In this document: positions 36,901 through 48,939 of the stretch, in pieces
Layout of the letters: every line of letters starts with the position of its first letter
Position numbering within the stretch: the stretch's first letter is position 1
Source of the DNA: Centroscyllium fabricii
Lineage: Eukaryota
Length of the DNA: 64,000 nucleotides
Direction: 5' to 3'
Assembly: GCA_051313645.2 (NCBI GenBank)
Contig: JBNRSN020000003.1
Span: forward strand, 530,038,001 to 530,102,000
Position numbers and translations under genes: made by a program
The notes under the pieces: generated by a model
The model's database searches: none
What the model saw: the letters and a program-made list of their open reading frames with translations, nothing else
Told to the model about the DNA's origin: nothing

Positions 36901-38713
36901 GGAGCGTGACGGAGCAGTAGCCGGTGACGTCCGCGGTGTGGGACTGTGAAGCTAGGGAGACTTGGTAGTTGGTGGGCAGGACCTGCAGTCCGCAGCGCCG
37001 CACTGTATCAGGGTGAACGAAACTCTCAGTGCTGCCTGTGTCGAAAAGGCAGTCGACAGTGTGATTATTAATAGTAATCGGCATTATGGAGTTAGACAGG
37101 GTATGGGGCCTGCCCTGGCTAACTCTGATTCTGGCTGCCGCAGCCCCTGCTGATCGGGGCTGTGCACAAGATGGCGGCGCCCCTGGCTCGCACATGGAGG
37201 GGCCCTGGATACAAGATGGCGTCGCCCCTGGCTCGCACATGGAGGGGCCCTGGATACAAGATGGCGTCGCCCCTGGCTCGTACATGGAGGGGCTCTGGTT
37301 ACAAAATGGCGTTTCCGAGGGGACGCACACGGTGGGGCCCTGTGAACGCACTGGCGGCGCCCGTGATTCGCACGCAGCGAACCGCGGTGATCGGGTTGGC
37401 GGTGCCCGTGATTCGCACGCAGCGGGCCGCGGTGGTCGGGTTGGCGGTGCCCGTGATTCGCACGCAGCCGGCCGCGTTGGGGGGTCGCGCTTGGCCGGCC
37501 TTTGCCGCATCGGGGTGGGGGATGGGGGCGCTTGTTGTCTACCCCCGTACCGTCGCTGGATCGCGCTGCTATTGCAGCTTACCTGGTGTCTGTCGGTGCT
37601 CTCACAGGCTGCACTGTTGTACCTTGAGTTGGGCGCTGCTGGAGCTGATCTGCAGGCTTTAGCGTAGTGTCCCTTCTTCGCACATTTCTCGCAGGTCGCC
37701 GTCCCGGCTGGGCATTTCGCTCTTGGGTGCAGTCCCTGTCTGCAGAAGTAGCAGCGCTTGTCTTTAGTGGCCGTCGCGGCCATCGTGGGGGCCTCGGCCC
37801 GTTGCGCCCAGGCCTGGGCCTGTTGTGGCGCGGCCCATATGTTGTAGGCTTGCGGGTTAGTGCCGCTGTATGCCTGTAACTTGCTTAGGGCCCCCTCTAC
37901 TGATTTGGCTATCTTAGTCGCCTCCTCGAGGGATAATTCGTCTTTCTCTAGTAGCCGCTGGCGGGCTTCCACACACCTCAGTCCTGTAACATAAGCGTCC
38001 CGAACGAGGAGTTCTTCTTCCTCTTCAACTGTTGTGCCTTTGCAGCCACAGACCCGTACCAGGGCCAGGAGCGCTTGCTCGAACTCCTCATTGGACTCAC
38101 CCGGTAGCTGAGATCTGGTCGCCAGCACATGTCGGGCGTAGACTGAATGGACCGGGCGCTCGTAACATTTCTTCAGAATTTGTACAGCCGCTACGTAGGA
38201 TGAGGCGTTCCTGATGAGGGTGAATACCCTGCTGGAGATCCTTGATCGTAGGACATGCAGCTTGTTCCTGTCCGTTGTAGCCTTGGCGGCGTCCATGTCG
38301 GCATCTAGGAGGCCGAACCAGTGTTCGTACGTGGCGGCAGCGGCAGGGTCCTGGGGACTGATGTCCAGCTCCTCAGGTTTAACTGCGCTGCTCTCCATTT
38401 TAAAAATAATTAGCAATTAAAATTGACGTATCGTCAATATCTTTGATTAAAAGAGTCGACAAGTAGTTGCCGAAACTAAAGGCTTCTAATTGCTAAGAAC
38501 GGAGCTACCCTCCAGAACGAACTACAGTACAGGAATGAAGGAGCCTCGGTCAGATCTCACCTATAACGGGGCCTCACCTGGGGGAGGAGTTGGAGGTGTG
38601 GCTGACCTGGCTCCCAACAGTGTCACAGTATACAGGGCTGTGCCTAACATCTGCACAGCCCATCATTAGCCATAATGGTACAGTGGTATAGTAGACATAC
38701 AATGGTTACCACA
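33976..38713 (-). mobile_element. Gypsy/Ty3 LTR retrotransposon, full length; 5' LTR 38713-38424, 3' LTR 34265-33976
   Basis: 290-bp TG...CA LTRs and 5-bp TSD CTAGT. Sister family of 15282-20084. Confidence 0.97.
34267..38398 (-). pseudogene. Gypsy gag-pol, single ORF with frameshifts near 35865 and 34690
   Basis: Gag, PR and RT are in one frame from the ATG at 38398; RH and IN follow in the next segment. Confidence 0.93.
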
Positions 38714-39186
38714 CTAGTGCAGTAGGATCATTCTCCTAGTTGGCTGTAGACACACACACCAGATATACTCTCCGTCTTTCTTGTTGCATTAACCAACAAT
38801 TCTTCTATTTACAGGTAAAAGGAAAAAACGGCAAATGTCAAAAATCTTAAATAAAAGCTGGAAATAAGGCAATCATCCAAAAAAAACAGATTAATGTTTT
38901 AAGTGTATATGCAAAGCATTAATTTATCTTTTCTTTATTCAAATGCTGACTAACTATATTTTAATGGTTAGGAGAAATCACACATTTTTCTTATTTTCTT
39001 CATATGGATTAATGGAGATCAGTATTGGTTAAGATGCAAGCACAAAATAACTAACAAGTCAAACATAAATTGCTCTTCCCAAAGTAATTTTTGGAAATCA
39101 TTGATAGACACCTCAATATTCCTCCAAAGTAATATTTCTACAATGTGAAGCATGATATTTGTCTAGCACAACTGCAAACTTCTTAC

Positions 39187-39280
39187 TTCTTTAGAAGTGA
39201 CATTTTCCAAATCTTTGCTCATCATTATGTATCTCAGTTTATTTTTTATTAATCGTTCTGTTCGTTCATTCTCTGTTGGT
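39187..39280 (-). CDS. SSH1: Slingshot exon (94 nt; PTENERTERLIKNKLRYIMMSKDLENVTSKE)
   Basis: Manual translation, AG/GT boundaries. Confidence 0.96.
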
Positions 39281-39566
39281 CTGTAAAAGAAAAACACAAA
39301 TTTATCTCAAAATGCATCTGTCTTACCTGCATACCAAATTCCAATATGTTCCTAACAAAAGGTTGAATGGGTAAATGTGTCACTAGTGTTGGACAGTACC
39401 AAGCCATGTGCATCAGGTAAGTTCCAGTTTTGGTCCCAGTCTATGTCGAGTTAGCTTATTTCAGCCAGGATCACTTGGATTGCAACAATTGGGCTCTGCA
39501 ACTTTAGATTACTGGGCGATGGGAAATCAGGTATTACAGGTTCTTATGGAACTGGTACAAAAGCAA

Positions 39567-40020
39567 GATACTGCGGATATTGGAAATCTGAAATAAAAAC
39601 AGAAAATGCTGGAAATACTCAGCCGGTCAGGCAGCATCTGTGGAGAGAGAAACAGAGTTAACGTTTCAGGTCGATGACCCTTCGTCAGAACTGGAAAAAG
39701 CCGGAGACGTAACAGGTTTTTAAGCAAGTGTTGGGGCCGGGAAAGGGAGGAATGAACAAAAGGGAAGGTCTGTGATGGGATGGAAGGCAGGAGAGGTTAA
39801 GAGACAAAAGGGAGGACGGCGCAAGGCAAAAGGAGACGGTAATTGGATAAGTTAAGAAACCAAAGATAGCTCTAGATGAAGTGTAAATGGGAATGGCAGA
39901 ATGATCGACACTTGCTTAAAAACCTGTTCTATCTCCACCTGAAACGTTGATTCTGTTTCTCGCTCCACAGATGCTGCCTGACCTGCTGAGTATTTCCAGC
40001 ATTTTCTGTTTTTATTTCTT
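39567..40020. mobile_element. Non-autonomous Penelope-like pLTR unit with inverted ends
   Basis: About 80-bp inverted repeats (39591-39670 vs 39938-40018); homologous to the ends of the element at 40989-42710. Confidence 0.75.
39656..39692 (-). ncRNA. Minimal hammerhead ribozyme, second family
   Basis: AGUU-CUGACGA-A-GGGUC(AUC)GACCU-GAA-ACGU-U-AACU. Confidence 0.8.
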
Positions 40021-40988
40021 ATGTAACTGGGTTTGGCTGTGATTCTCTCCATGGTTGAAATGCCCAGTGCTCAATGTCGAGTTTCTGATTTCTCCAATAG
40101 AGTGATCCTCAGGGGGAGAAAATTGCCATTGAACTAAAAAAAAAAATCCCTTAAACCCAATTAGTTTTTTTGGGGGGGGTGGGGGGCGTGGCAAGAGGAA
40201 TTTTTGTGCTCACTAAATCTCAGTGCTGCACAACAGAACATTTATCCACTCTTTTTTCCTATGTCAGATCTAACACTCTCTGATCAGGTGTAACGTAGGG
40301 TAGATTCAGAGTGCAGCTCTCTCTGCCATAAACATAGAGGCAGATTACTACTGTGCTGTTATGCCATTTTCATTCCGACACAAGCCACCTTGAAAATAGC
40401 ACTTAGCGCTGAATATTAAGGGCTCACTGTTCCACTTGGTCCAGATTTGCGCTTTTTGTTTACACTGGGTACTCAGAAAATCGCCAACAGCCAGCTGATA
40501 ATTTATATATTCCAAAATACAGGTTCATTGGGAAAATAAGAATACCCCATATCTCTCATTGTTCAATACACCATTTCTGTCTCATTCATAGAATCATAGA
40601 AGATAGGAGCAGGAGTAGGCCATTCAGCCCTTCGAGCCTGCTCCGCCATTCAATGAGATCATGGCTGATCTTTAGTAAGCTAGTACCCCGTCCCCGCCTT
40701 TTCTCCGTAACCTTTAATCCCTTTAGCTTGAAGAAATATATCCAATTCCCTCTTGAATATATTTAAGACATTGTTTAAGACATCAGTCTAAGTTTAATTT
40801 AGACAGCATTTTAAATATTTAAAAGAAAGCTCAATTGTACTGAGCAACTTTCTGTACAATACAATTCTGAAAATGACAGGGTTTTCTCAATAATCCTTGT
40901 TCAAACTGCTGCAATAGCAATACAAGGGGAAAAAAATAGCAATGGCAAATCTGTGCCTCTTTACATAACCACCTCAATAGTTTCCTCA

Positions 40989-42710
40989 GCAGGCCAGGCA
41001 GCACCGGTGGCGAGAGGAGCAGAGTTGACGTTTCAGGTCAATGACCATTTTTCAAAACTAGAGAGGCCAGGAGGGAAATAGATTTAAAGCTTGTGGGGGC
41101 TGGGGAAAGGGGGCGGGGGGGGGGGCTGGAAGAACAGCGACAGGCTAGAAGGCGGGGAGATAAGAGATATGCGGAGAAATTGAAGAAACACAGGATGGCT
41201 CAGAATAGATGTGAGCAGCTTTAGCAGAGTAAAGAAAAAAGCCCAGACGAAAGTGTGGATTGAAAAAAAGAGAGAAAATGTATATCTGTAAAAAAGTGTG
41301 GTAGGGGCCGAGGTTGTGATCTAAAATTGTTGAACTCTATGTTTAGTTCAGAGGGCTGTAGAGTGCCTAAGCGAAAGATGAGGTGCTGTTCCTCGAGTTC
41401 GCGCTGGGCTTCCGTGGAACAATGCAACAGGCCACAGACAGTGAGGTCTGAATGGGAGTGGAATGGAGAATTAAAGTGACAGGCCACCGGGAGCTCGGGG
41501 TCCCCCTTACGGAATGAACAGAGGTGTTCCGCAAAGCGGTCACCCAATGTGCGTTTGGTCTCCTCGATGTTTCACCTGGAAGGGGTGTTTGGGGCCCTGG
41601 ACAGTGGGAAGGGGGGAGGTATAAGGGCAGGTGTTGCACCTCCTGCGCTTGCACGGGAAGGTGCCGGGGGAAGGGGAAGGTGTGTTGGAGGTGGAAGTGG
41701 AGTGGACTAGGGTGTCGTGGAGGGAGCGGTCCCTACGGAATGCAGAAAGGGGAGGTGAGGGGAAGATGTGTTTGGTGGTGGGATCACGCTGGAGGTGGCG
41801 GAAATGGCGGAGAATGATCTGTTGAATGAGGAGGCTGGTGGGGTGAAAGGTGAGGACAAGGGGAACTCTATCGTGGTTCCGGGAGGGTTTCCGCATTCCA
41901 TAGGGACCGCTCCATCTGCGACACCCTAGTCCACTCCTCTACCACCCCGAGCACCCCTTCCCCTGGCACCTTCCCGTGCAAGCGCAGGAGATGCAACACC
42001 TGCCCTTATACCTCCCCCCTTCCCACTGTCCAGGGCCCCAAACACCCCTTCCAGGTGAAACAGCGATTTACGTGTACTTCCTGTAATTTAGTATACTGTA
42101 TTCGCTGCTCACGATGTGGTCTCCTCTACATCGGGGAGACCAAACGCAGATTGGGTGACCGCTTTGTGGAGCACCTCCGTTCAGTCCGTAAGGGGGACAC
42201 CGAGCTCCCGGTGGCCTGTCACTTTAATTCTCCACTCCACTCCCATTCAGACCTCCGTGTCTGTGGCCTTTGGCATTGTTCCACGGAAGCTCAGCGTAAA
42301 CTCGAGGAACAGCAACTCATCTTTCGCTTAGGCACTCTACAGCCCTCTGGACTGAACATAGAGTTCAACAATTTTAGATCATAACCTCGGCTCCCACTAC
42401 ACTTTTTTACAGATAGACATTTTCTCTCTTTTTTCAATCCACACTTTCGTCTGGGCTTTTATCTTTTCTATGCTAAAGCTGTTCACATCTATTCTGAGCC
42501 ATCCTGTGTTTCTTCAATTTCTCCGCATATCTCTATCTCCCCGCCTTCTAGCCTGTCGCTGTTCTTCCAGCCCCCCACCCCGCCCCCCTTTCCCCAGCCC
42601 CCAGAAGCTTCAACTCTGCTCCTCTCTCCACCGATGCTGCCTGGCCTGCTGAGTCTCTCCAGCGTTTTCTGTTGTTATCTCAGATTTCCAGCATCCGCAG
42701 TATTTTGCTA
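40989..42710. mobile_element. Penelope-like retroelement, two 5'-truncated arms in inverted orientation
   Basis: GIY-YIG endonuclease NLVYCIRCSRCGLLYIGET...PVACHF...EQQLIFRLGTLQPSGLN; 15-bp direct repeat TCAATAGTTTCCTCA at 40974-40988 and 42711-42725. Confidence 0.9.
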
Positions 42711-42725
42711 TCAATAGTTTCCTCA

Positions 42726-43466
42726 ATAGATTGGGAGAAGGGGAAGTGCAACGAGACCTGGGTGGCCTTGTGCACCAGTCACTGAAGGTAAGCATGCAGG
42801 TGCAGCAGGTGGTTAAGAGGGCAAATGGTATGTTGGCCTTCATAGCGAGAGGATTTGAGTACAGGAATAAGGATGTCCTGCAGTTGTACAGGGCCTTGGT
42901 GAGATCGCACCTCGAGTATTGTGTGCAGTTTTGGTTGCCTTATCTGAGGAAGGATGTTCTTGCCATGGAGGGAGTGCAGCGAAGATTCACCAGACTGATA
43001 CCTGGGATGGCAGGAATGACGTATGAAGAGATATTAGGTCAATTAGGCTTATATTCGCTAGAGTTTAGAAGAATGAGGGGATCTCATTGAAACTTGTAAA
43101 ATTCTAACAGGACCGGACAGACTAAATGCAGGAAGGATGTTTTCGATGGCCGGGGGAATCCAGAACCAGGGGTCACAGTCGGAGGATAAGGGCTGAGCCG
43201 TTTAGGACTGAGATGAGGAGGAATTTCTTCACCCAGAGAGTGGTGAACCTGTGGAATTCTCTACCACAAAATGCAGTTGAGGCCAATTCATTAAATATAT
43301 TCAAGAAGGAGTTAGATATATTTCTTAAGGCTAAAGGGATCAGGGGATATGGGGTGAAAGCAGGAACAGGGTACTGAATTTGGATGATCAGCCATGATCT
43401 CATTAAATGGCAGAACGGGCTCGAGGGGCCGAATGGCCTACTCCTGCTCCTATCTTCTATGTTTCT
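42726..43466 (+). mobile_element. CR1 LINE 3' fragment
   Basis: ORF2 C-terminus (frameshifted) and 3'UTR tail. Confidence 0.9.
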
Positions 43467-43567
43467 AGTATTTTGGTTTTTGTTTCAATAGTTATCAGTT
43501 GCTCTTCAGTGTGTATTTTTTGTCAAAAATAATTATTCCTAAAAATTGGACCTGGGGAAGTGGGGTG

Positions 43568-43967
43568 ATAGAAACATAGAAACTAGGAGCAGGAGTAGGA
43601 CATTCGACCCTTCGAGCCTGCTCCGCCATTCAATGAGATCATGGCTGATCATCCAAACCCAGCACCCCGCCCCTGCCCTCTCCCCATATCCCTCGATCCC
43701 TATCGAGCCTCCATCGACACATATCCCACCCTATCCCCGTAACCCCACCTATTCAATCCCCCTAACACTAAGGGTCAATTTATCCTGGCCAATCAACCTT
43801 CCCCACACATCTTTGGACTGTGGGAGGAAACCGGAGCACCCGGAGGAAACCCACGCAGACACGGGGAGAATGTGCAAACTCCACACAGATAGTCACCCGA
43901 GGCCGGATTTGAACCCGGGTCTCTAGTGCTGTGAGGCAACAGTGCTAACCACTATGCCACCGCGCCG
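43568..43967 (-). mobile_element. V-SINE (HE1-like) with CR1-derived tail
   Basis: tRNA head (GTGGCATAGTGG...GGTTCAAATCC), V-domain GGAGTTTGCACATTCTCCCCGTGTCTGCGTGGGTTTCCTCCGGGTGCTCCGG, CR1 3' end. Confidence 0.85.
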
Positions 43968-44041
43968 ATCTCACCTTGGCCACTGAAAGAAATTCTGGAG
44001 CGAGAAAAACAACATAATGAAAGGGTGTAATGTTTACTCAC

Positions 44042-44236
44042 TTATCGACAAACATTGGGGGTGAGTCAGCCCGCATGGACTGCAGGTCTTGCATTGTGTT
44101 CCATTCATTAATACAACTTTGCTCTGAGCTAATGCAGCTCTCATAGTAGCTGGTCCAAGTCAAAGCAATTCCCGATGGATAGTAATTATACCTACGAGCT
44201 ACCTCGCAGGACTTGTGGAGAATTTGTAGTGCTGAC
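44042..44236 (-). CDS. SSH1: Slingshot exon (195 nt; SALQILHKSCEVARRYNYY...DSPPMFVDK)
   Basis: Translation resembles SSH1 (YYESCISSEQSCINEWN); AG/GT boundaries. Confidence 0.96.
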
Positions 44237-45529
44237 CTACAAAACACAAACAATAGATGTGTTTTAAACCTTTCATCGCTGTAACTGTGGAAACAACTGT
44301 GTTATTCAGGACATCTTCATTAACTTCTGACTTAAAAAGGAAATCTTACTATTTATGTCCCCTTTGAAAATATAACAGTTGAAGATTTATGACTCCTTTG
44401 GAATTTGTTCTGTTGATGTTTTGTGCTCGGTTTATTTATTTAAACTGAAAGTGCCAATAAGAGGCTTAGATGAGTTCCTGAGCTTCACAGTGTGAGGGAA
44501 GGGAATTAATATCAATAGATGCAATCATTGACCTGGGGTGCTGTGGTAATTGTGCCATTGCGTCAATATTCATTTATCTCTCTCAGTCTACTGATGCTCA
44601 ATAACCAAATTCTGCCGGCTTCCCCGACGAGGTCATCAGTATATAATTTCTGAACAAAAATAGATTCAAAATAAAAATAGAAACACAGATTTTAAAATTA
44701 ATTATAGTTTCTCTAATTTCTACAAAGAATTAAATACAGTGCCAATTCATTTCAAGATGCATGGGCCATTTGATCCACTGAAGTTCATCCCTTGAGTACA
44801 CTAACTCTCCTATCGTGGCATCTTATTATATTTTGAATAAATCAAATGTCTTTCCTTATATATTATCTTGGTAGAACATTCCAAACATTTATCATTCTTT
44901 AAACCAAGAAGTTTTTCCTGATTATTTGTTCCAAATTTACTTTTGTTTTTGGAGGGAGAACATGTTGTAACTGTATGGTTTGGAATAAATGGCAAACTAG
45001 AAATCTAAATCCGAAGCAATTCAAATTGAGATAGTTACAACTAACAATTTTAGTTGGCAATATGTTAAGGTTCACTGACACAGACACCACCCAAGTAACG
45101 CAATAGACAATAATAATGTAATAGGAGCACACTGCTAACTTATCCAGTACAAACCAGAATTATACTGTAACATAACCTGGGTTAAATATTGAGCTGGAGC
45201 AAAGACCCGGTGAAAAAAGCCAAATTTATGAAATCAGCATATACTGCAATCAGAAAAGTTTTAGCCCTCCACAGGCCGAGTCACCTTTCACACATCTCAT
45301 ACACCCGTATCAATGCTGAACTCCAGTGGCTCCCCCCATCCTCAGACTCAAACCCCTTCGGTCTTGCTCTGCTTTATTTGACTGATGATCTTCAGCTGCA
45401 TATCTCATCTTCCACTTGCCCAACTGTACTACTCGTCTCCTACTCTCTTCACTTCAGAAGCCGATCTTTTAGCCATTATACTGCTGCTCTTTTCAATTCA
45501 TGGCCACAGCCACGTTCTCTAGCTACTTA

Positions 45530-46540
45530 GAACATAAGAAATAGGAGCAGGAGTCGGCCATTCGAGCCTGCTCCGCCATTCAATGAGATCATGGCTGATC
45601 TTCTGCCTCAATTCCATTCACCGGCCCCATCGCCATATCCGTTGATGCTAAGAACATAAGTACATAAGAACATAAGAAATAGGAGCAGGAGTCGGCCAAT
45701 CGGCCCCTCGAGCCTGCTCCGCCATTCAACAAGATCATGGCTGATCTGATCCTAACCTCAATTTTATTTTTACTCTCCACCCCGCCCAGACCCATGTGAT
45801 CACCTGGGAGAGGCGAAAAACCAGATTAAAAAAAACAGTAACCAATTTGGGTGAAAAAAAATCAGGAAAATTCCTCTCCGACCCATCTAGGCGATCGAAA
45901 ACTAGTCCAGATCATCACATGGCCGATCTGAACATCCACTTACCTGCCCGCTCACCATAACCCCTAGTTCCCTTTAATTCCAGGAAACTGTCTATCTCAG
46001 TTTCTATGCTCTTACTAGTCAGAAATCTATCAACTTCTGTTTTGAATATACCCAATGACTGAGCCTCTACAGCCCTCTGGGGCAGAGAATTCCAAAGATT
46101 AACCACCCTCTGTGTGAAGACATTTCTTCTCATCTCAGTCCTGAATGGTCTACCCTTTATCCTGAGACTATGGACCCTGGTTCTAAACTCCCCAGCCAAG
46201 GGAAATATTCTCCCAGAATCTACTCCATCAAGCCCTATAATCATTTTGTATGCTTCAATGCGATCCCCTCTCATTCTTCCGAATTCAAGAGAATACAGGC
46301 CTAGTTTACTCAATCTCTTCTCATACGACAGTCCCGCCATCCCAGGAATCAATCTCGTGAACCTTCGTTGCACTCCCTCAATGGAAAGTATATCCTTCCT
46401 TAGGTAAGGAGACCAAAATTGTACACCGTACTCCAGGTGTGGTCTTACCAAGACCCTATATAATTGGAGTAAGACTTCTTTACTCCTGTACTCAAATCCT
46501 CTTGTAATGAAGGCCAGCATACCATTTGCCTTTCTCACTT
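45530..46540 (-). mobile_element. Composite CR1 fragments (two subfamilies joined at about 46002, plus an extra tail piece)
   Basis: ORF2 C-terminus with a duplicated KTEVDRFL/ETEIDSFL segment and two consecutive 3' tails. Confidence 0.85.
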
Positions 46541-47062
46541 TGTTCAAAAGGTTCTTAAAAACCTTACTCTTGAACTGTGCCTTTAGCTCCCCTTAATCTA
46601 TCCCTTCTGCAGCTTGATGCCCTCTTGTCCCCTTTGTAAAGTGCTTAGACATAGTTCTATGTGAGGGTCACTGCATAAAGGCAATTTTCTATTTGTTGTT
46701 TTCGTTTATCTCATCTTTCCACTTTCTACTCCAAGTCCATGCTACTTTTTTATAGGCAGTTTGATCCAGCCATGGACACCTCCAGATACACCATTAAAGA
46801 GTTTTCTTGGTTAGCCCACTGGGACAGATCTTTCCTAGTTAGTTTTCCCTTCCTCTCCTAAGTAACATCAGTAAGGTGAAATGGCTACGAAAGAAAGCTT
46901 CCATCCAGTTTACCAGACAAATAATTATTGCGGTATCAATGTGGACCTTTTTCTCATATTCCAGATGTGCACATTAGAAGATAGACCAATCATCCTACAA
47001 AATCAAGTAAATTATATCACCAATCAATGAATTAGTAATAGGGAACAGAATACATTACTTAC

Positions 47063-47128
47063 CACATGGCTTGTACAGAAACTGGCTTGAAGATAAGAAT
47101 ACGGTCCGCTGTACTCACACTGAACCCA
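47063..47128 (-). CDS. SSH1: Slingshot exon (66 nt; GFSVSTADRILIFKPVSVQAMW)
   Basis: Manual translation, AG/GT boundaries. Confidence 0.96.
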
Positions 47129-47508
47129 CTGAAGCAAAAAAGAATTGCTATAAAACATTATCCAGATATCAACAGCGTACTTAAAACACCAGAGACAGTA
47201 TTAAAATGCTAATTCTAGAATTAAGTACTTGTGAACATACTTATTCCTAAATGTATTTACTGTGGTCAGTGTGTTTTGCTAGTGGATTTAGTTAAAAATC
47301 TACTTCTTTCAATTGTACTGTGGAGGCCTGAAGATATCCCAGAGGACTTAATCAATTAGTCAAGGGGATCCCTTATTGAGCATGTCTGCTAGCCACCATT
47401 TCTATTATGTTTGCTCTGCATCACGCAAACGAAGGCGCCGAACAGAAACTCAGCAAGAACAAAGTCTAAATGAGTTTGGGAACAATACAGAAGTAGGAAA
47501 AATATATT

Positions 47509-48235
47509 GGCCCAGAAATTCCCATTATCGCATATCGGGTTTAAACCCGCAGGAAGGAGCCGGTGCGCACGTTTCAGGACTTCCTGTGCCACCCAGCAGG
47601 GGGGGTCACTGCTCCCTGCGAGGTCCATCGCAGGGAGCATCGCACTACAGGACCGCCCAGACATCCCGTTTTTTTTGTTGATTTTTCAGCGGACCAAGAG
47701 AAGAGAAATCAACGCTGGAAAAAAGCAGTCATTAACACCCGTTTTCATCTGGTAAGTGTATATTTTATTGATTTTAATTGTTGATTTTTCACGTTTTTAA
47801 TTGTTGATAACTTTAAAGACAGGTAAGTATTTTTTTAGACCTGTTTGAAGTTAAAAAAAAATTCTGCAAATTTTTATTTTTTCTTTAAAATAGGTTATTT
47901 TTGTTAGTTGGGGTAATGTTTAAAAAATGTGGTGTTTGTAAAATTTTATTTTTGTGTTTAAGTGTCTTTTGAGAATCTCTTCATTCAAAACTCGCACAGA
48001 TTTCTCTGTGGAAGTTTTGAACGGAGAATTCCTTCCACTGATTGGCTCCCTGCCAATCAGCTGGTCTCAAAAGCCAGTTCGCAGTAATTACGCCCTTCAG
48101 ATCTCGCACGGAGCTTTGACAGGCAGGGGTAATGGGAATTTCTCAGTGCAAAAAAATAAAAAGCGAATATGGGCAATTAAAGTGCGTTAAGCAGCTCTGC
48201 ACCCGCATGAAAGGCTCCACTGCAATTTCTGGGCC
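47509..48235. mobile_element. Harbinger-like MITE
   Basis: Perfect TIR GGCCCAGAAATT; internal homology to 8371-9125. Confidence 0.8.
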
Positions 48236-48864
48236 AATAACAGCACAGAAGGATATCTAATTTTTCTTGCAGAACCTCTAAAATTGCCTTTTCATTTGCA
48301 ATTAGACCAACATTTTAAACTCTGTTAAGTAAATCTATCATTTAACATTGTAATGTCCAAAGCTTTAAAATATCCCCGATAAATAGCAGTGCATTAACAT
48401 AGAACATTAGGATGTGGTAAGTGCCAAGCAATGTTCTATTGCAGAGAAGCATGAAGTAGGGACCAGATGCATAGTCACAAAAAAGGGAGAGCCACTCTGC
48501 ACTGTTCCTATACAGCTCCTAGACCTAAGCTATCCATACCCCACCCTGGTTGGGGCATCTCTCTGGTGGTGTTGGTGGGAGGAAATGAGTGAGAGAGACA
48601 GATGCCCCCGTGACCCTCACCGACTTTCTGGCCTCAAAGTCGTCGTCATTTCGGAGGTGGGCTGCCATTCAGAAGTTCCACCAAGAAGAGGGCGGAGTTG
48701 TGATGCAGCAGGCCTTGGGCGCCTGTTGGAAAGCAGGTACCATCTGTTCTACCTGCAAAGCAGCATTTCTTTTAACCTTAAAATTCTGATTCCTCTTGTA
48801 AGGCCTTTGCAAGGCAGTGCTCGGTGCCCTGTTCCTGGGACTAGGGACAGGGTCACTGGCAAGG

Positions 48865-48939
48865 CTTGGAAGCTAAACAGAGCCAGGCCTGGTTAATACT
48901 TGGATGGGTGACCACCAGGGAATACCAGGTGCAGAAGGT
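48865..48939 (+). pseudogene. 5S rRNA-derived fragment (3' part, including box A/IE/box C)
   Basis: GGAAGCTAAACAGAGCCAGGCCTGGTTAATACTTGGATGGGTGACCACCAGGGAATACCAGGTGC aligns to vertebrate 5S with scattered substitutions; the 5' part is absent. Confidence 0.8.

Noticed and set aside
48865-48939. Functional 5S rRNA gene
   Set aside because: The 5' part is missing, there are many substitutions, and there is no T-run terminator or tandem array.
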